Made by a program: the position numbers and the translations under genes. Shown here in pieces: positions 24,404 to 37,100 of a stretch of 64,000 nt of DNA. The number at the start of each line of letters is the position of its first letter. The first letter of the stretch is position 1. Below the pieces are notes generated by a model. It was not told the origin of the DNA. It searched no databases and saw only the letters and a program-made list of their open reading frames with translations. The stretch is from Malacoraja senta (lineage: Eukaryota), in NCBI GenBank assembly GCA_038087875.1, contig CM075996.1:1924001-1988000 (forward strand), read 5' to 3'.

Positions 24404-27400
24404 ATGATCATATTGAATGGCAGTGCTGTCTCAAAGGGCCGAATGGCCTACTTCAGCACCCATATTTCTATGTTTCTATGTCCCAGCTGTGCTAGTACCA
24501 CCCGCCCGCATTTGGCCCAAATCACTCCAAATCTGTCCTGTCCATGTACTCGTCTAACTGTTTCTTAAATGTTGGGATAGTCCCAGTCCTCAACTACCTC
24601 CTCTAGCAGTTTGTTCCATACACCCACCACCCTTTGTGTGAAAAAGTTACCCCTCAGATTCATATTAAATCTTTTCCCCTTCGCCTTAAACCTATGTCCT
24701 CTGGTCCTCGATTCACCATCTCTGGGCAAGAGACTCTGTGTATCTACCCGATCTATTCCTCTCATGATTTTATATACCTCTGTAAAAGACACCCTTATCT
24801 TCCTACGCTCCAAGGAATAGAGACCCAGCCTACTCAACACCTCCCTATGCAAAACACAGTTAGAAAACAAGTGCACGGTGGTACGTGGAACAGCACAGGA
24901 ACAGGTCCAGTTGATCCTTACAACTGTGAACCCCAGTCTGAACTGCCACACAAGGTCATTTCTGTGTCACTATTAAGTCTCACTAAGAGCTTTAAATGTG
25001 TGTGTTGTTGACAAGCTCACAACATAGAACGTTAAACAGTACAGCATAGGAACAGGCCCTTTGTCTCACAATGACCACGCTGAATATGATGCTGTTAAAC
25101 CTATGTCCAGAGTCTGTATTGGATCCATATCCCACCCATCCTTGCATATCCATGTGTCTATCTAAAAGCCTCTTAAACGCCACTGTCATATCTGCCTTCA
25201 CCGTGATTTGTGGCAACTCATTCCATGCACCCACCACTCTTATAGTTATTAGGGTTTAGTTTAGTTTAGAGATACAGCATGGAAACAGGCCCTTAGGTCC
25301 ACCGATCCACGCCGACCAGCAAACCCCGCAGACTAACAATATCCTACACACACAAGGGACAATTTACAATTATACCAAGCCAATTATCCTACAAACATGT
25401 ACATCTTTGGAGTGTGGGACGAAACCGGAGAGCCTGGAGGAAACCCACGCAGATCATGGGGAGAATATCCAAACACCGTACAGACAAGATAGACTGTACC
25501 CGCAGTCAGGACGAATCCGTCTCCCTGGCGCTGTAAGATTGTGCAGGTCGGTTCAAGAAACTGATGGTTGTGGGGAAGTAGCTGTCCTGAACCTGGTGGT
25601 GTGGGACGTCAGCCCAACGGTAGCAGTGAGAAGAGGGCTTGGTTGGATGATACGAATCCTTGATGATGAATGCCCACCTTCTTGAGGAAGCACCTTGTGG
25701 AGGCGAGGACTGTACCTGTGATAGACCAGGCTGAGTCCACCACTCTCTGAAGCGTCTTGCTTTACGGTGCGTTAAAAGTGCCGTACCAGGCCGTGTGCAA
25801 ACAGACAGTACCAAGATAGTACCAACAATAAATACAGGACATTAATCATGTGTGTCAGAAGAAGGGTCTCGACCCGAAACATCACCCTTTCCTTCTCTCC
25901 AGAGTTGCTGCCTGTCCCGCTGAGTTACTCCAGCATGTTGTGTCTGGTTTTGATTTAAACCAACATCTGCAGTTCTTTCCTACACAATGATATGTGTAAC
26001 ATGTTAAATTTCTGATCTGTGTTATGCATACAACTGTCACCAAGCTGATAAATAATTTTTTGACATGGAATGTAGTTGGTGGAATGAGTGATGGAGATTT
26101 TTGGAGCCAGAGTGCAGAAATACAGGCAGCCAGCTTTCATGTCCTTGAGTAAGACAGAGCTGGGTAGTGATTAGTCTCAATAGCTCCACTTTGAATAACA
26201 TGGACTCAATGGGATCACAAGCCTCTATCCATTGCAAACTATAATAAATGATAAATTAGTATCTCTATTCAATATTTCACTTATTAAAAAAATAAAGAGC
26301 TTTTCAGTGGTTTGGTTGCACACTTGTCATCTTTTGTGTTTGGTTTTGGTTCTAAGATTATGTTCAGTTCCATGGGCTTGAACATCACATCAATTGAGAT
26401 CAACTAGCTTTCATCACCCTCTCTCTGCAAGCACTCCCACTTATTGTGCCATTTGGACCCTCTTGGTCTCCATCCCATTCCTTTGTTGTCTCTATACCTT
26501 TCCTTTCACCACAATGAACTTAACAATATGTTTGATTTCATAGCTTTCTTATTCACGGTCAAATAGCACCGAAACAGGTCCTTTGGCCCAACCTATCCAT
26601 GCCAACCAAGATGCCCAATGTACTATGCTAGTCCCATTTGACCCATATTCCCAAAACCTTTCCTATCCATGTACCTGTCCAAATATCTTTTAAATGTTGT
26701 TATTGTACCCGCATCAACTATCTCTTCTTGCAACCCGTTCCACATATCTGCCCCCCTCTGTGTGGAAAAAGTTGCCCCTCAGGTTCCTATTATATCTTTC
26801 CCCTCTCACAATCCAATGCCCTCTAGTTCTTGATTCCCCTCTGGATTAAAAAATACGGTGCAGTCACCTCTCTATTCTCGTAATTGTATGTATCTCTCAA
26901 GATTTTCTGCAGTCCTACTCTTTTTTTTTTCTCTCCACAGATTCTGCCTGACAGGTTGAATATTTGTACAATTTTCTGTTTTTCTTTCAGATTTCTAGTA
27001 TCCACAGGTTTTTTTTGGCTTCTGAAGTAGCTGGAATTGTCCATTGTTTGAACAGAGAAAACCACAAGGAGCTTTGATAGAGATGTTTAAATTAAAGATG
27101 GATTCAGAAATAGGAAGAAAGTATCAAAGTGTTGATATCCTGAGGTCACAGAATCAATGAAAGAACTGGAGAAAACAGGAGGAAATGTATTTTTGTGGAA
27201 TAAATGATGCAGACTTGGAATGCATGCCTGGAAGGGTTGTAAAACAGACTCATTAATAACTTTTGAAAGGCAATTGAATGCATTTGAGAAGGAAACAAAA
27301 TTGTAGAATAATGGGAAAAGGAGCAAAGGAGTGGGTTGAAGGGATTTATCTCTTGCTAAGGGAAAGAGGACATTAACGTTGAAAGAGTGTGGAGATTTAC

Positions 27401-27680
27401 GAGGATGTTGCCAGGATATGAGGACCTGAGCTATAAGGCGAGGTTAGGCAGGCTAGGACTTTAATCCCTAGAGCGCAGGAGGATGAGGGGAAATCCTACA
27501 GAGCTGTATAAAATCATAAGGAAAATAGATATGGTGAATTTCCCCAGGATAGGGGAATCAAGAGCTAGAGGACATAGGTTTATGGTGAAAAGGGAAAGAT
27601 TTAATAGGAGTCAGAGGGGCAATGTCATATGGAATGAATTGCAGAGGAGATGGTTGAGGCACAATAACAACATATAAAAG

Positions 27681-30600
27681 TTCAAGTGAGTTTATTGTCA
27701 TGTGTCCCTGATAGGACAATGAAATTCTTGCTTTGCTTCAGCACAACAGAACATAGTAGGCATTGACTACAAGGCATTCTATAAATATATACACACATGA
27801 ATCAATATACTGATAAAGTGCAAATAACAGTATTGGCTAATAAAGTTCAGTGTTATGTCCGAGCCAGGTTTAATAGCCTGATGGTTGTGGGGAAGTAGCT
27901 ATTCCTGAACCTGGTCGTTGCAGTCTTCAGGCTCCTGTACCTTCTACCTGAAGGTAGTAGGGAGATGAGTGTGTGGCCAGGATGGTGTGGGTCCTTGATG
28001 ATACTGCCAGCCTTTTTGAGGCAGCGACTGCGATAGATCCCCTCGATGGAAGGGAGGTCAGAGCCGATGATGGACTGGGCAGTGTTTACTACTTTTTGTA
28101 GTCTTTTCCTCTCCAGGGCGCTCAAGTTGCCGAACCAAGCCACGATGCAACCGGTCAGCATGCTCTCTACTGTGCACCTGTAGAAGTTAGAGAGAGTCCT
28201 CCTTGACAAACCGACTCTCCGTAATCTTCTCAGGAAGTAGAGGCGCTGATGTACTTTCTTAATAATGGCATCAGTGTTCTCGGACCAGGAAAGATCTTCA
28301 GAGATGTGCACGCCCAGGAATTTGAAGCTCTTGACCCTTTCAACCATCGACCCGTTGATATAAACGGGACTGTGGCTCCCCATCCTACTCCTTCCAAAGT
28401 CCACAATCAGTTCCTTGGTTTTGCTGGTGTTGAGGGCCAGGTTATTGTGCTGGCACCATATGGACAGTTGCTCGATCTCTCTTCTATACTCTGACTCATC
28501 CCAATCAGTGATATGTCCCACAACAGTGGTGTCGTCAGCGAACTTGATGATGGAGTTCGCACTATGTCCGGCTACGCAGTCATGAGTATAGAGTGAGTAC
28601 AGCAGGGGGCTGAGCACGCAGCCTTGAGGTGCTCCCGTGCTGATTGTTATCGAGTCTGACACATTTCCACCAATACGAACAGACTGTGGTCTGAGAGTGA
28701 GGAAGTCGAGGATCCAATTGCAGAGGGATGCGCAGAGACCCAGTTCTGCGAGTTTGGTAACCAGCTTGGAGAGGATGATTGTATTAAATGCCGAGCTGTA
28801 ATCGATGAATAACAGTCTGACATATGAGTTTTTGTTGTCCAAGTGGTCCAGAGCGGAGTGGAGGGCCAGCGAGATCGCATCCACCGTTGATCTGTTGTGG
28901 CGGTAAGCAAACTGCAGTGGGTCCAGGTTTTTGTCGAGGGAGGAGTTGATCTGCGTCATGATCAACCTCTCAAAGCACTTCATCACCACAGGCGTTTGTG
29001 CCACAGGTCGATAGTCATTGAGGCACGTCACCTTACTCTTCTTGGGCACTGGTATAATTGATGCCCTTTTGAAGCAGGTGGGAACCTCAGACTTCAGAAG
29101 TGAGAGGTTGAAAATGTCCGTAAAAACTCCAGCCAGTTGGTCCGCACAGGTTTTTAGAACACGACCAGGTATACCGTCAGGTCCAGGCGCTTTTCGATGG
29201 TTCACCCCTCTGAAGGATTTCCTGACGTCGGCCTCTGTGACTCAGACTGAAATACCATCACAGCGAATGGGGGCTCGGGAAGGCACATCGGTGTTCTCCC
29301 TATCAAAGCGTGCGTAGAACGCATTGAGCTCATCAGGGAGTGATGTTTCGCCGACATTCGAGCTGCCTCCTGATTTCGACTTGTAAGAGGTGATTGCATT
29401 CAGGCCCTGCCACAGCCGCCGAACATCTGTCTCTTCCTCCAGTTTGGAGCAGAAGTCCCTTTTGGCCTTTTTGATGGCCTTACCAAGGTCGTATCTGGAC
29501 TTCTTGTAGGCCACTGTATCATCAGACATGAATGCCCGGTGTCTGGACTTCAGAAAAGTGCGGATCTCAAAGTTCATCCAAGGTTTCTGATTGGGAAACG
29601 CTCGGAAGGTTTTGGTGGGGATGCAGTCCTCCACACACTTCTTAATGAAGTCTGTAACGACTGTGGCGTATTCGTTCAGGTCCGTTGCCGAGTCCTTGAA
29701 CATTGCCCAGTCTACAGACTCCAAACAGTCCTGGAGTTGTTCCTCTGCCCCCCTCGACCAGCTCTGTACTGTCCTCACCTCTGGGGGTGCGCTCTTTAAT
29801 TGCTGCCTGTAGGCAGGAAGAAGCAGCACCGCGGTATGGTCGGATTTACCGAAGTGAGGGCGAGGGATAGAGCGATAGGCATTCTTGATGGTGGTGTAGC
29901 AGTGGTCGAGGATGTTTGGTCCTCTGGTGCAGCAGGAGACATGTTGGTGGAAGTTAGGGAGTGATTTCTTTAGGTTTGCCTTATTGAAGTCCCCGGCTAT
30001 AATGGTGAACGCCTCGGGGTAAGACGTCTGGTGTTTATTGACCAAGGCGTGCAGCTCCTCCAGTGCCAGACGGACATCTGCCTGGGGTGGGATGTAGACC
30101 ACGGTCATGATGATGGAGGTGAATTCCCTTGGGAGGTAGAAGGGACGGCACTTCACCGCCAGATGTTCGAGGTGTGGAGAGCAGGAGTTGGACAGGACTG
30201 CCACGTTTGAGCACCACGCAGAGTTGGCCATGAGGCAGACGCCCCCTCCTCTCCCTTTCCCAGATGCCAGTGTACGGTCCATACGGTGGATGGAGAAACC
30301 TTCAGGCTGGACCGCTGAGTCTGGAGAGCTGGGGGTGAGCCATGTCTCTGTGAAACAGAACACAGAGCATTCCCTCAGCTCCCTTTGATAAAGCAGCCTT
30401 GCCCTTAAGTCCTCCACTTTATTTTCAAGGGACTGTACGTTGGCCAGTAGGATAGTAGGGAGAGGGGGCCGAAGTCCCCTGCGCTTCAGTCTGACCTGAA
30501 GTCCTGCCCGTCGGCCACGTTTCCGGACACAATGGAGGCTTCCCCTTTGTTTCCAGGTGCTGAGTCTACTGTGCCTGCAGTTTCTGCGGACCTGCGCTGG

Positions 30601-31002
30601 AACGGGGATTCCTTCACAGACGGCAGCTCCAGCTCCATAACGAACGGGGGTATCTTCAAAGTCGGCAGCTCCAGCTTCATTGTTCCTGGGAGATCCGGCC
30701 CGTCGGCTCTGGAGGTCATCCCGGGGTTTCCAGGTACAGTACCTGGGATCCTCAGTCGGGTCGGGAGTTCCACAGCAGCGTGGGAAAATTTAAAGTCCGG
30801 GGCTCCCGCAGCTGCGGGAGATCGCGAAATTGCCAGTGCTTTCAGCTGCCCAAGCAGCTTGTCTGAAACGGCACCGATTACTGCCATTTCCCTGATGCAG
30901 GTAAGTTGATAGAAGTTGTAGGTGAACCTTTTCTGTTCTGGTGCTCCACAAAAGTCGCTGCAGGCAGGCGCCATCTTGGGAGGAGTATATTGTATATTGT
31001 GC
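27681..31002 (-). mobile_element. Near-full-length Rex1/Babar-like LINE (APE + RT)
   Basis: APE motifs (FTETWL, IAGDFN, KSDH) and RT motifs ([20 protein letters not shown]). 3' AATAAA and CTTGAA tail. Splits a CR1 fragment, with probable AAAG TSD (27677-80, 31003-06). Confidence 0.93.
27853..30974 (-). pseudogene. LINE endonuclease/reverse transcriptase ORF with about two frameshifts
   Basis: ATG at 30974 (MAPACSDF...RFTYN). Frame changes occur between ~30550-30850 and near 29240. Long open segments: 29242-30417 and 27853-29205. Confidence 0.85.
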
Positions 31003-32414
31003 AAAGACATTTGAACAGCTACATGAATAGGAAAGGTTGAGAGGAGTGTGGGCCAAGCATGATCAAATGGGTCAAGCATAGATGGGGCATATTGGTCAGC
31101 ATGGATGAGTTGGGCCGATCGTCCTGTTTCCATGCTGTATGACTTCCTCAGAGCTGGGGGAGATTTGGTGGGCCAAACAGTCTCTCTCTGAACTTTTCCA
31201 TTGTATGACTTCATACCAATAGACATGATGATAAGACGTATGGCAGAATCATTCAGAAGCCTGATACAGAGGGGAAGAAGTTGTTCCCGAGTCTGGTGGT
31301 GCGCACTGTCAAACTTCTGTATAATCTGCCTGATGGGAGCGGGGAGCAGAAGGAATGACCGGGGTAGGACACCTGTCATTTAGAGTTGTTTCACAGTGCT
31401 AGAGACCCGGGTTCAATCTTGACCTGGGTTGCTGTCTGGTGCAGAGTTTGTATGTTCTCCCTGTGACCGCATGGGTTTCCTCCTGGTGCCCCAGTTTCCT
31501 CCCACATCCCTAAGACGTGCAGATTTGCAGATTAATTGGCCTCTGTAAATTGCCCTGATTGTGTAGGGAGTGGATGAGAAAGTGGGATAACATAGAACTA
31601 GTGTGACTGGGTAATCGATGGTCTGCGTGGATTTAGTGGGACTTCATGCTGTATCTTTTTTTTAAACTTGCGACTAGGGAATGAAGGTTTTTACTTTGAA
31701 ATGGTGGTGTATCAGGGAACAAGGGAGATGGTAAAACAAGCAGATAATGAGGCTATTAGCTGCTTTAAATAGGGACAGGTCAGAATCACGAGGTGGGAGT
31801 ATGTGATCTCATGCCTGAAGAAGGATTTGACAAGTCTGGATGTTGAAAAAAAATAATTCTCTTGTAAAACAAAAAAACAAGGGAAACAAATTGCCTTCCA
31901 TTTCCTTGTCGCCAAGAGATTTTACCCAGAAGGCAGATTTGGAAATAATTGTCGCTCCCATTGTTTCAGAAATGGTGAAAAGAAACAGGTAGTTTATTGG
32001 AGATTACTCTCATTCGAGACAGAGTGCTCAGGATTGATAATGTCAAGCAGTTATTCAGCCATCCATGGGAAATGAGACGCCCAATGTTTCATCAGGGAAA
32101 GAAACAGCTATTGTTCCTGGAGAAATTAATTGTGTTGTTCACTGAAGCTGGATGTAATTCCAGCACAAGATGCCCAGGCCATTTCCTCAGGGAAGGTGAT
32201 GATGTGACATGTCCTTGCACAGCTTCACTGTGTGTGGTGGTGCTCTCACGCAGCAAGGTTATAGAAAAAAGGCACAAAGTGCTGGAGTAACTCAGTGGAT
32301 CAGGCAACATCTCTGGAGAATATGGATGGGTGATGTTTCGGGTCTGGACTCTTCTTCAGACCGATGGAAGGTCTTTGGTCTTTAGCTGAGTCTCTCAGGA
32401 GGCCCATAGGCATC

Positions 32415-32725
32415 TGGGACAGCACAATGGCACAGCTGGCGCCTCACAGTGCCAGAGACCCCGGTTCAATCCTGACCTCAGGTGCTGTCTGTGTGGAGTT
32501 TGCACTTTCTCCCTGTGACCATGTGGGTTTCCTCTGGGTGCTCCGGTTTCCTCCAACGTCCCAAAGACATGCAGGTTTGTAGGTTAATTAGCTGCCGTAA
32601 ATTGTCCCTAGTGAGTAGGGAGTAGATGCAAAAGTGGGATAACATAGAACTAGTGTGAGAGGGAGATCGATGGTCGGCGTGGACTTGGAGGCCGAAGGGC
32701 CTGTTTCCATGCTGTCTCTCTAAAT
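32415..32725 (+). mobile_element. tRNA-derived HE1/V-SINE-type SINE (representative)
   Basis: B box GGTTCAATCC, core GGTGCTCCGGTTTCCTCC and a CR1-like tail. Other copies at about 25260(-), 31382(+), 36803(+), 38560(+), 40230(-), 43710(-), 44465(+), 45420(-), 50900/51470(-), 56600(-) and 57080(+). Confidence 0.85.
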
Positions 32726-33879
32726 TACAATAAGAGAGCCGACAGACCTAAGCAGATGAAAGCCACCCTGTACATGACCACGTTGGCCTTTTGCTTAGAC
32801 CAGAGTATCTGCGAGCAGTTTGAACTGGCTGTGGGATGTGTTGCAGTAAAAGCAAGCCCATGCCCTTTGGCATCTGGCCCAACCATTACTTTGTTCCTTT
32901 CAATCCACAATTTTCTGTGGATGCTGAAATGGGAAGAGTCTGGGGCATGTACTAGGAACTGGGTAGAGCAGATAGTCAACATGAAGCAGAAATGGAACAG
33001 TTGGAACAGCACCCTTGATTGTGAGAGGGAACCATGACATTGGGTGTGAGGTGCTCTTTGTGCTAGTGTGGCCCTAAGCTAGGTTTAGGTTTATTATTGT
33101 CGTGTGTACCGAGGTAGAGTGTAAAGCTTTGTTTTGCATGCTATCCAAACAGAACAGATAATACCAAACATAAATACAATCAAGTCAAACTCAAGTAAAA
33201 TAGGTAGTGCAAAGGGAAAGTTACAGAGAGAATAATATAGTTCTCAGCATTGTAGTTCCATAGACAAATGCCTGCAATGGGGTAGAGGGGAATTTGTTTG
33301 TGGAAGGGCCGCTCAGAAGCCTGGTAACAGAGGGGAAGAAATTATTCCTGAGTCTGGTGGTGCGTGCTTACCCGGATCTCATTCCCACGCCTCCTTTAAC
33401 TTTATCTGGTTCAGTAGAAAGTTGATAATGCCCCTGTGAACCATCTAAAATTAATGTACTTGAATCACCAAGGTATGGCAGCAATGAGCCATAGGCCATG
33501 TGCTGGATATGGGATTGCTGGATATGATGAGCCGAAGGGCCTGCTTATGTGCTGTATGATTCCATCACTCTGAAATTGCATTGGTGTATTAAAACGTGTA
33601 ATGTCGAGCAGTATAAAACTGCACCAGCGAAGACCCAAAGGTGCTTGATTATCAGAAGTTGTATATTATTGTATTAGAAAGAAGCAGAGAAGAGCAACAA
33701 ATAAACTGCTGGTGGAACTCAGCGTGTGCGGCAGCATCTATGGGGGGAGTGGACAGTCAATATTTCGGGTGCAGGTCCGAAATGTCTGTCCAGAGCCTGA
33801 TCCGCTAAGTTCCTCCAGTATGTTTTTCTAGTTTGCAGCATCTGCATTCTCTTGTGTCGCCAGAAGCAGAAAGGATTTG

Positions 33880-33896
33880 AACACCAGATGGCAGCA
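33880..33896 (+). promoter_or_regulatory. Candidate CTCF site
   Basis: AACACCAGATGGCAGCA is close to the CCASYAGRKGGCRS consensus and lies in non-repeat sequence. Confidence 0.45.
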
Positions 33897-33953
33897 CTGA
33901 GCTCTGCACCGCTGTTGAAATAAGGGAGGAAATATTTCTAAAGATGGACACCA

Positions 33954-34145
33954 AGTGCTGGAGTAACTCAGCGGGTCAAGCAGCATCTGTGGAGAACATG
34001 GATAGGTGACGTTTCACAGAGTGCTGGAGTAACTCAGCGGGTCGGGCAGCATCTGTGGAGAACATGGATAGGTGACGTTTCACAGAGTGCTGGAGTAACT
34101 CAGCGGGTCAAGCAGCATCTCTGGAGAACATGGATAGGTGACGCT
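33954..34145. repeat. 66-bp tandem triplication of a Penelope-derived arm
   Basis: AGTGCTGGAGTAACTCAGCGGGTC... at 33954, 34020 and 34086. Confidence 0.9.
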
Positions 34146-37100
34146 TTGGGTCAGAACCCTTCATCCAACCCAAAATATCACCAATCCATGTTTCTCCTGC
34201 GATGCTGCCTGACCCTGACTGGTTGGCACGCAACAAAAGCTTTTCACTGTACCTCGGTACACATGACAATTAACTAAACAATAAATTAATCCCGCTGAGT
34301 TACTCCAGCATTTTTTGTCTATCTTTGGTATAAACCAAATTCCTTGCTATTACATAGAAAAATATTTCTCATCTCAGTCCAAATTGATATCACACTTAAC
34401 ATCTTTCATAAATACCTCTTCAAATTTAATGAGTTGTTGTAGTTTAGGATAATGGGCCTATCATTATTTTCCCAGCTTGATCTCATAAACTGCCAATACT
34501 ATAAGGTGCAGTTCATCGAGACTAACTAATCAGGTTTATAAAATCTTGAGGGGCACTGATAAGGTGGATCCTTTTTTCCAAGGAAAGGGGAGTTTATAAG
34601 TAGAGGACATAGGATTAAGGTCAGAGGGCAAAGATTTAAAGGGAACAATGAGAGGTACGTTCTACACACAGAAGGTGGCGGGTCCTGGAACGAGCTGCCA
34701 GAGGAGGTGGTAGAGGCTGGTGCAATAACAACATTTAAAATACATTCAGAAAATCTTGTGTATGAAATCATGAGAGGAATAGATCGGGTAGATGCACTGA
34801 GTCTCTTTCCCAGTGCAGGTGAATCGAGGACCACAGGACATAGGTTTAAGGTGAAGGGGAAAAGATTTAATAGGAATCTGAGGGGGTAACATTTTCACGC
34901 AATGAGTGGTGGGTGTATGGAACAAGCTGCCAGAGGAGGTAGTTGAGGCTGGGACTATCGCAATGTTTAAGAAACAGATAGGTACATGAATAGGACAGAT
35001 TTTGGAGGGATATTGACCAAATGCAGGCAGGTGGGACTAGTTGGCCGGTGTGGGCGTTGGGCTGAAGGGCATGTTTCCATGCTGTATCACTCTATGACTA
35101 AATGGTTCATGTATAGAAAAGGTTTTGAGGGATAAGGGCCAAATGCTGGCATATGGAACTCGTAAGGCACCTTGGTTAGTATGGATGAGGTGGGCTGAAG
35201 GGCTCCATAATTAATGTTATGCTGTTGATGGTTGAGGGAGAATGTTGGTCAGGAGTCGAGGAAAGATTTAATTTCATCGGGGTATGGTTCCACTGAATCA
35301 CTAATCCTCTCGGATCGGATCTATGCATGACTTCTGATTGCTAAATCTGGCTAAGACTCCACACTTCACAACAGCAGTTCAGATATATCATCAGTCAACA
35401 CATTCCCACAAGATTACATCCATAAGATAAATGATAGGAAACATTTAGAAGAATGAGGGGCAAATTGGATTATCTTAGATGGGGCATCTGGGCAGGCATT
35501 GATGAGTTGGTTTGCTAGCATATTTTTCAAGAGGCTAGATTACAAAAACAGGGATGTAATGCTGAGGCACTAGTCAGGCCATATTTGGAGTATTGTGAGT
35601 AACTTTGGGCACCATATCTGAGGAAGGATGTGCTGGCCCTGGAGAGGGTCCAGAGGAGGTTTACAAGAATGAGAGGTGGTTTACAAGAATGATCCCAGGA
35701 ATGAGTGGGTTAACATATGGTGAGCGTTTGACAGCACTGGGCCTGTATTCGCTGGAGTTTAGAAGGATGAGGGGAGACCTCATTGAAACTTACCGAATAG
35801 TGAAAGGCTTGGATAGAGTGGATGTGGAGAGGATTTCCACTATTGGAAGAGTCTAGGATTAGAGGTCATAGCCTCAGAATTAAAGGACGTTCCTTTGGGA
35901 AGGGGGTGATGAGGAATTTGTTTAGTCAGAGGGTGGTGAATCTGTGGAATTCATTGCCACAGAAGGCTGTGGAGGCCGTTAATTGATATTTTAAGGCAGA
36001 GATAGACAGATTCTTGATCAGTACAGGTGTCGGGTTATGGGGAAAAGGCAGGAGAATGGGGTTAGGAAGGAGGGATAGATCAGCCATAATTGAATGGTGG
36101 AGCATACTTGATGGGCTGAATGGCCTAATTCTGCTCCTATCACCTATTACCTTATGAAGGGCCTGCTTTCATGCTGTATGACTCTATGACTTGGAGTCTA
36201 ACTGAGGACATCACTTATAACAGGTCATTGCGAAACGTGAAGTCTGTTTCACTGTCTGAAGAAGGGTCTTGTCACGAAATGTCACCCATTCATTCTGTCC
36301 AGAGATGCTGCCCGTCCCGCTGAGTTACTCCAATATTTTGTGTCTTTCTTCGGTGTAAACCAGCATCTGCAGTTCCTTCCTACTCATCTGTTTTGCCCGC
36401 CACTGATGCTGCCTACCTTGATGAGTAGTTCCAGCATTTTATTTCACAATTTCGACTTCGGAAGAGTTTGCTCCTGAAGTATTAAAAACAGTTAAGTATG
36501 GGAGGTTGACCAGGACTGGTCAGCCTGGTCAGTTTGCAGCTGACTGTCCCACCAGGAGAGGGCAGCGTTGTTCCTCACAGCCAACAGCATCCAAGGAGTG
36601 TGGACTCATCATTTGCTCTTTGACACCGGCTGCAGTCTCAACCTGCTGTTACAAGGAAAGGATAGAGAATGGTATTTGTCTCCACAGGCGCTGCTTGACC
36701 TGCTGAGTTCTTCCAGCGTTCTGTTTTGTTCCTGTGGACCTAATCCCAAGTCGTGGCCAGTCTGTGTGGAATTGTCTCCCAGTGAGGGTCAGTGTGTGAA
36801 GCAGGGGCGGCACAGTGGCGCAACGGTAGAGTTGCTGCTTTACAATGCTGACTACGGGTCTCTCTGCATGGAGTTTGCACGTCCTCACAATGACCACGTG
36901 GGTTTTCTCCGGGTGCTCCGGGTCATTCTAAAGACGTGTAGGTTGATTGACTTCAGTAATAATTGTCCCTAGTGTGTGTAGGATAGTGTTCGTGTACGGG
37001 GTGATCACTGATTGGCGCGGACTCGATGGGTCGAAGGCCTGTTTCCGCGCTGTATCTCTAAATTTCAAAGCTGTGTCTAAGGGGAGCCTTTGGCCTGTGT

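Noticed and set aside
30486..31379. 297-aa ORF as a separate gene or ORF1
   Set aside because: Chimeric: it reads through CR1/Rex fragments into the frameshifted N-terminus of the LINE ORF.
32756..33037. 93-aa ATG ORF in unique sequence
   Set aside because: No recognisable domain, splice context or promoter; the length is compatible with chance.
36803..37062. tRNA-like A/B boxes in many places
   Set aside because: These are SINE heads with SINE bodies and tails, not tRNA genes.
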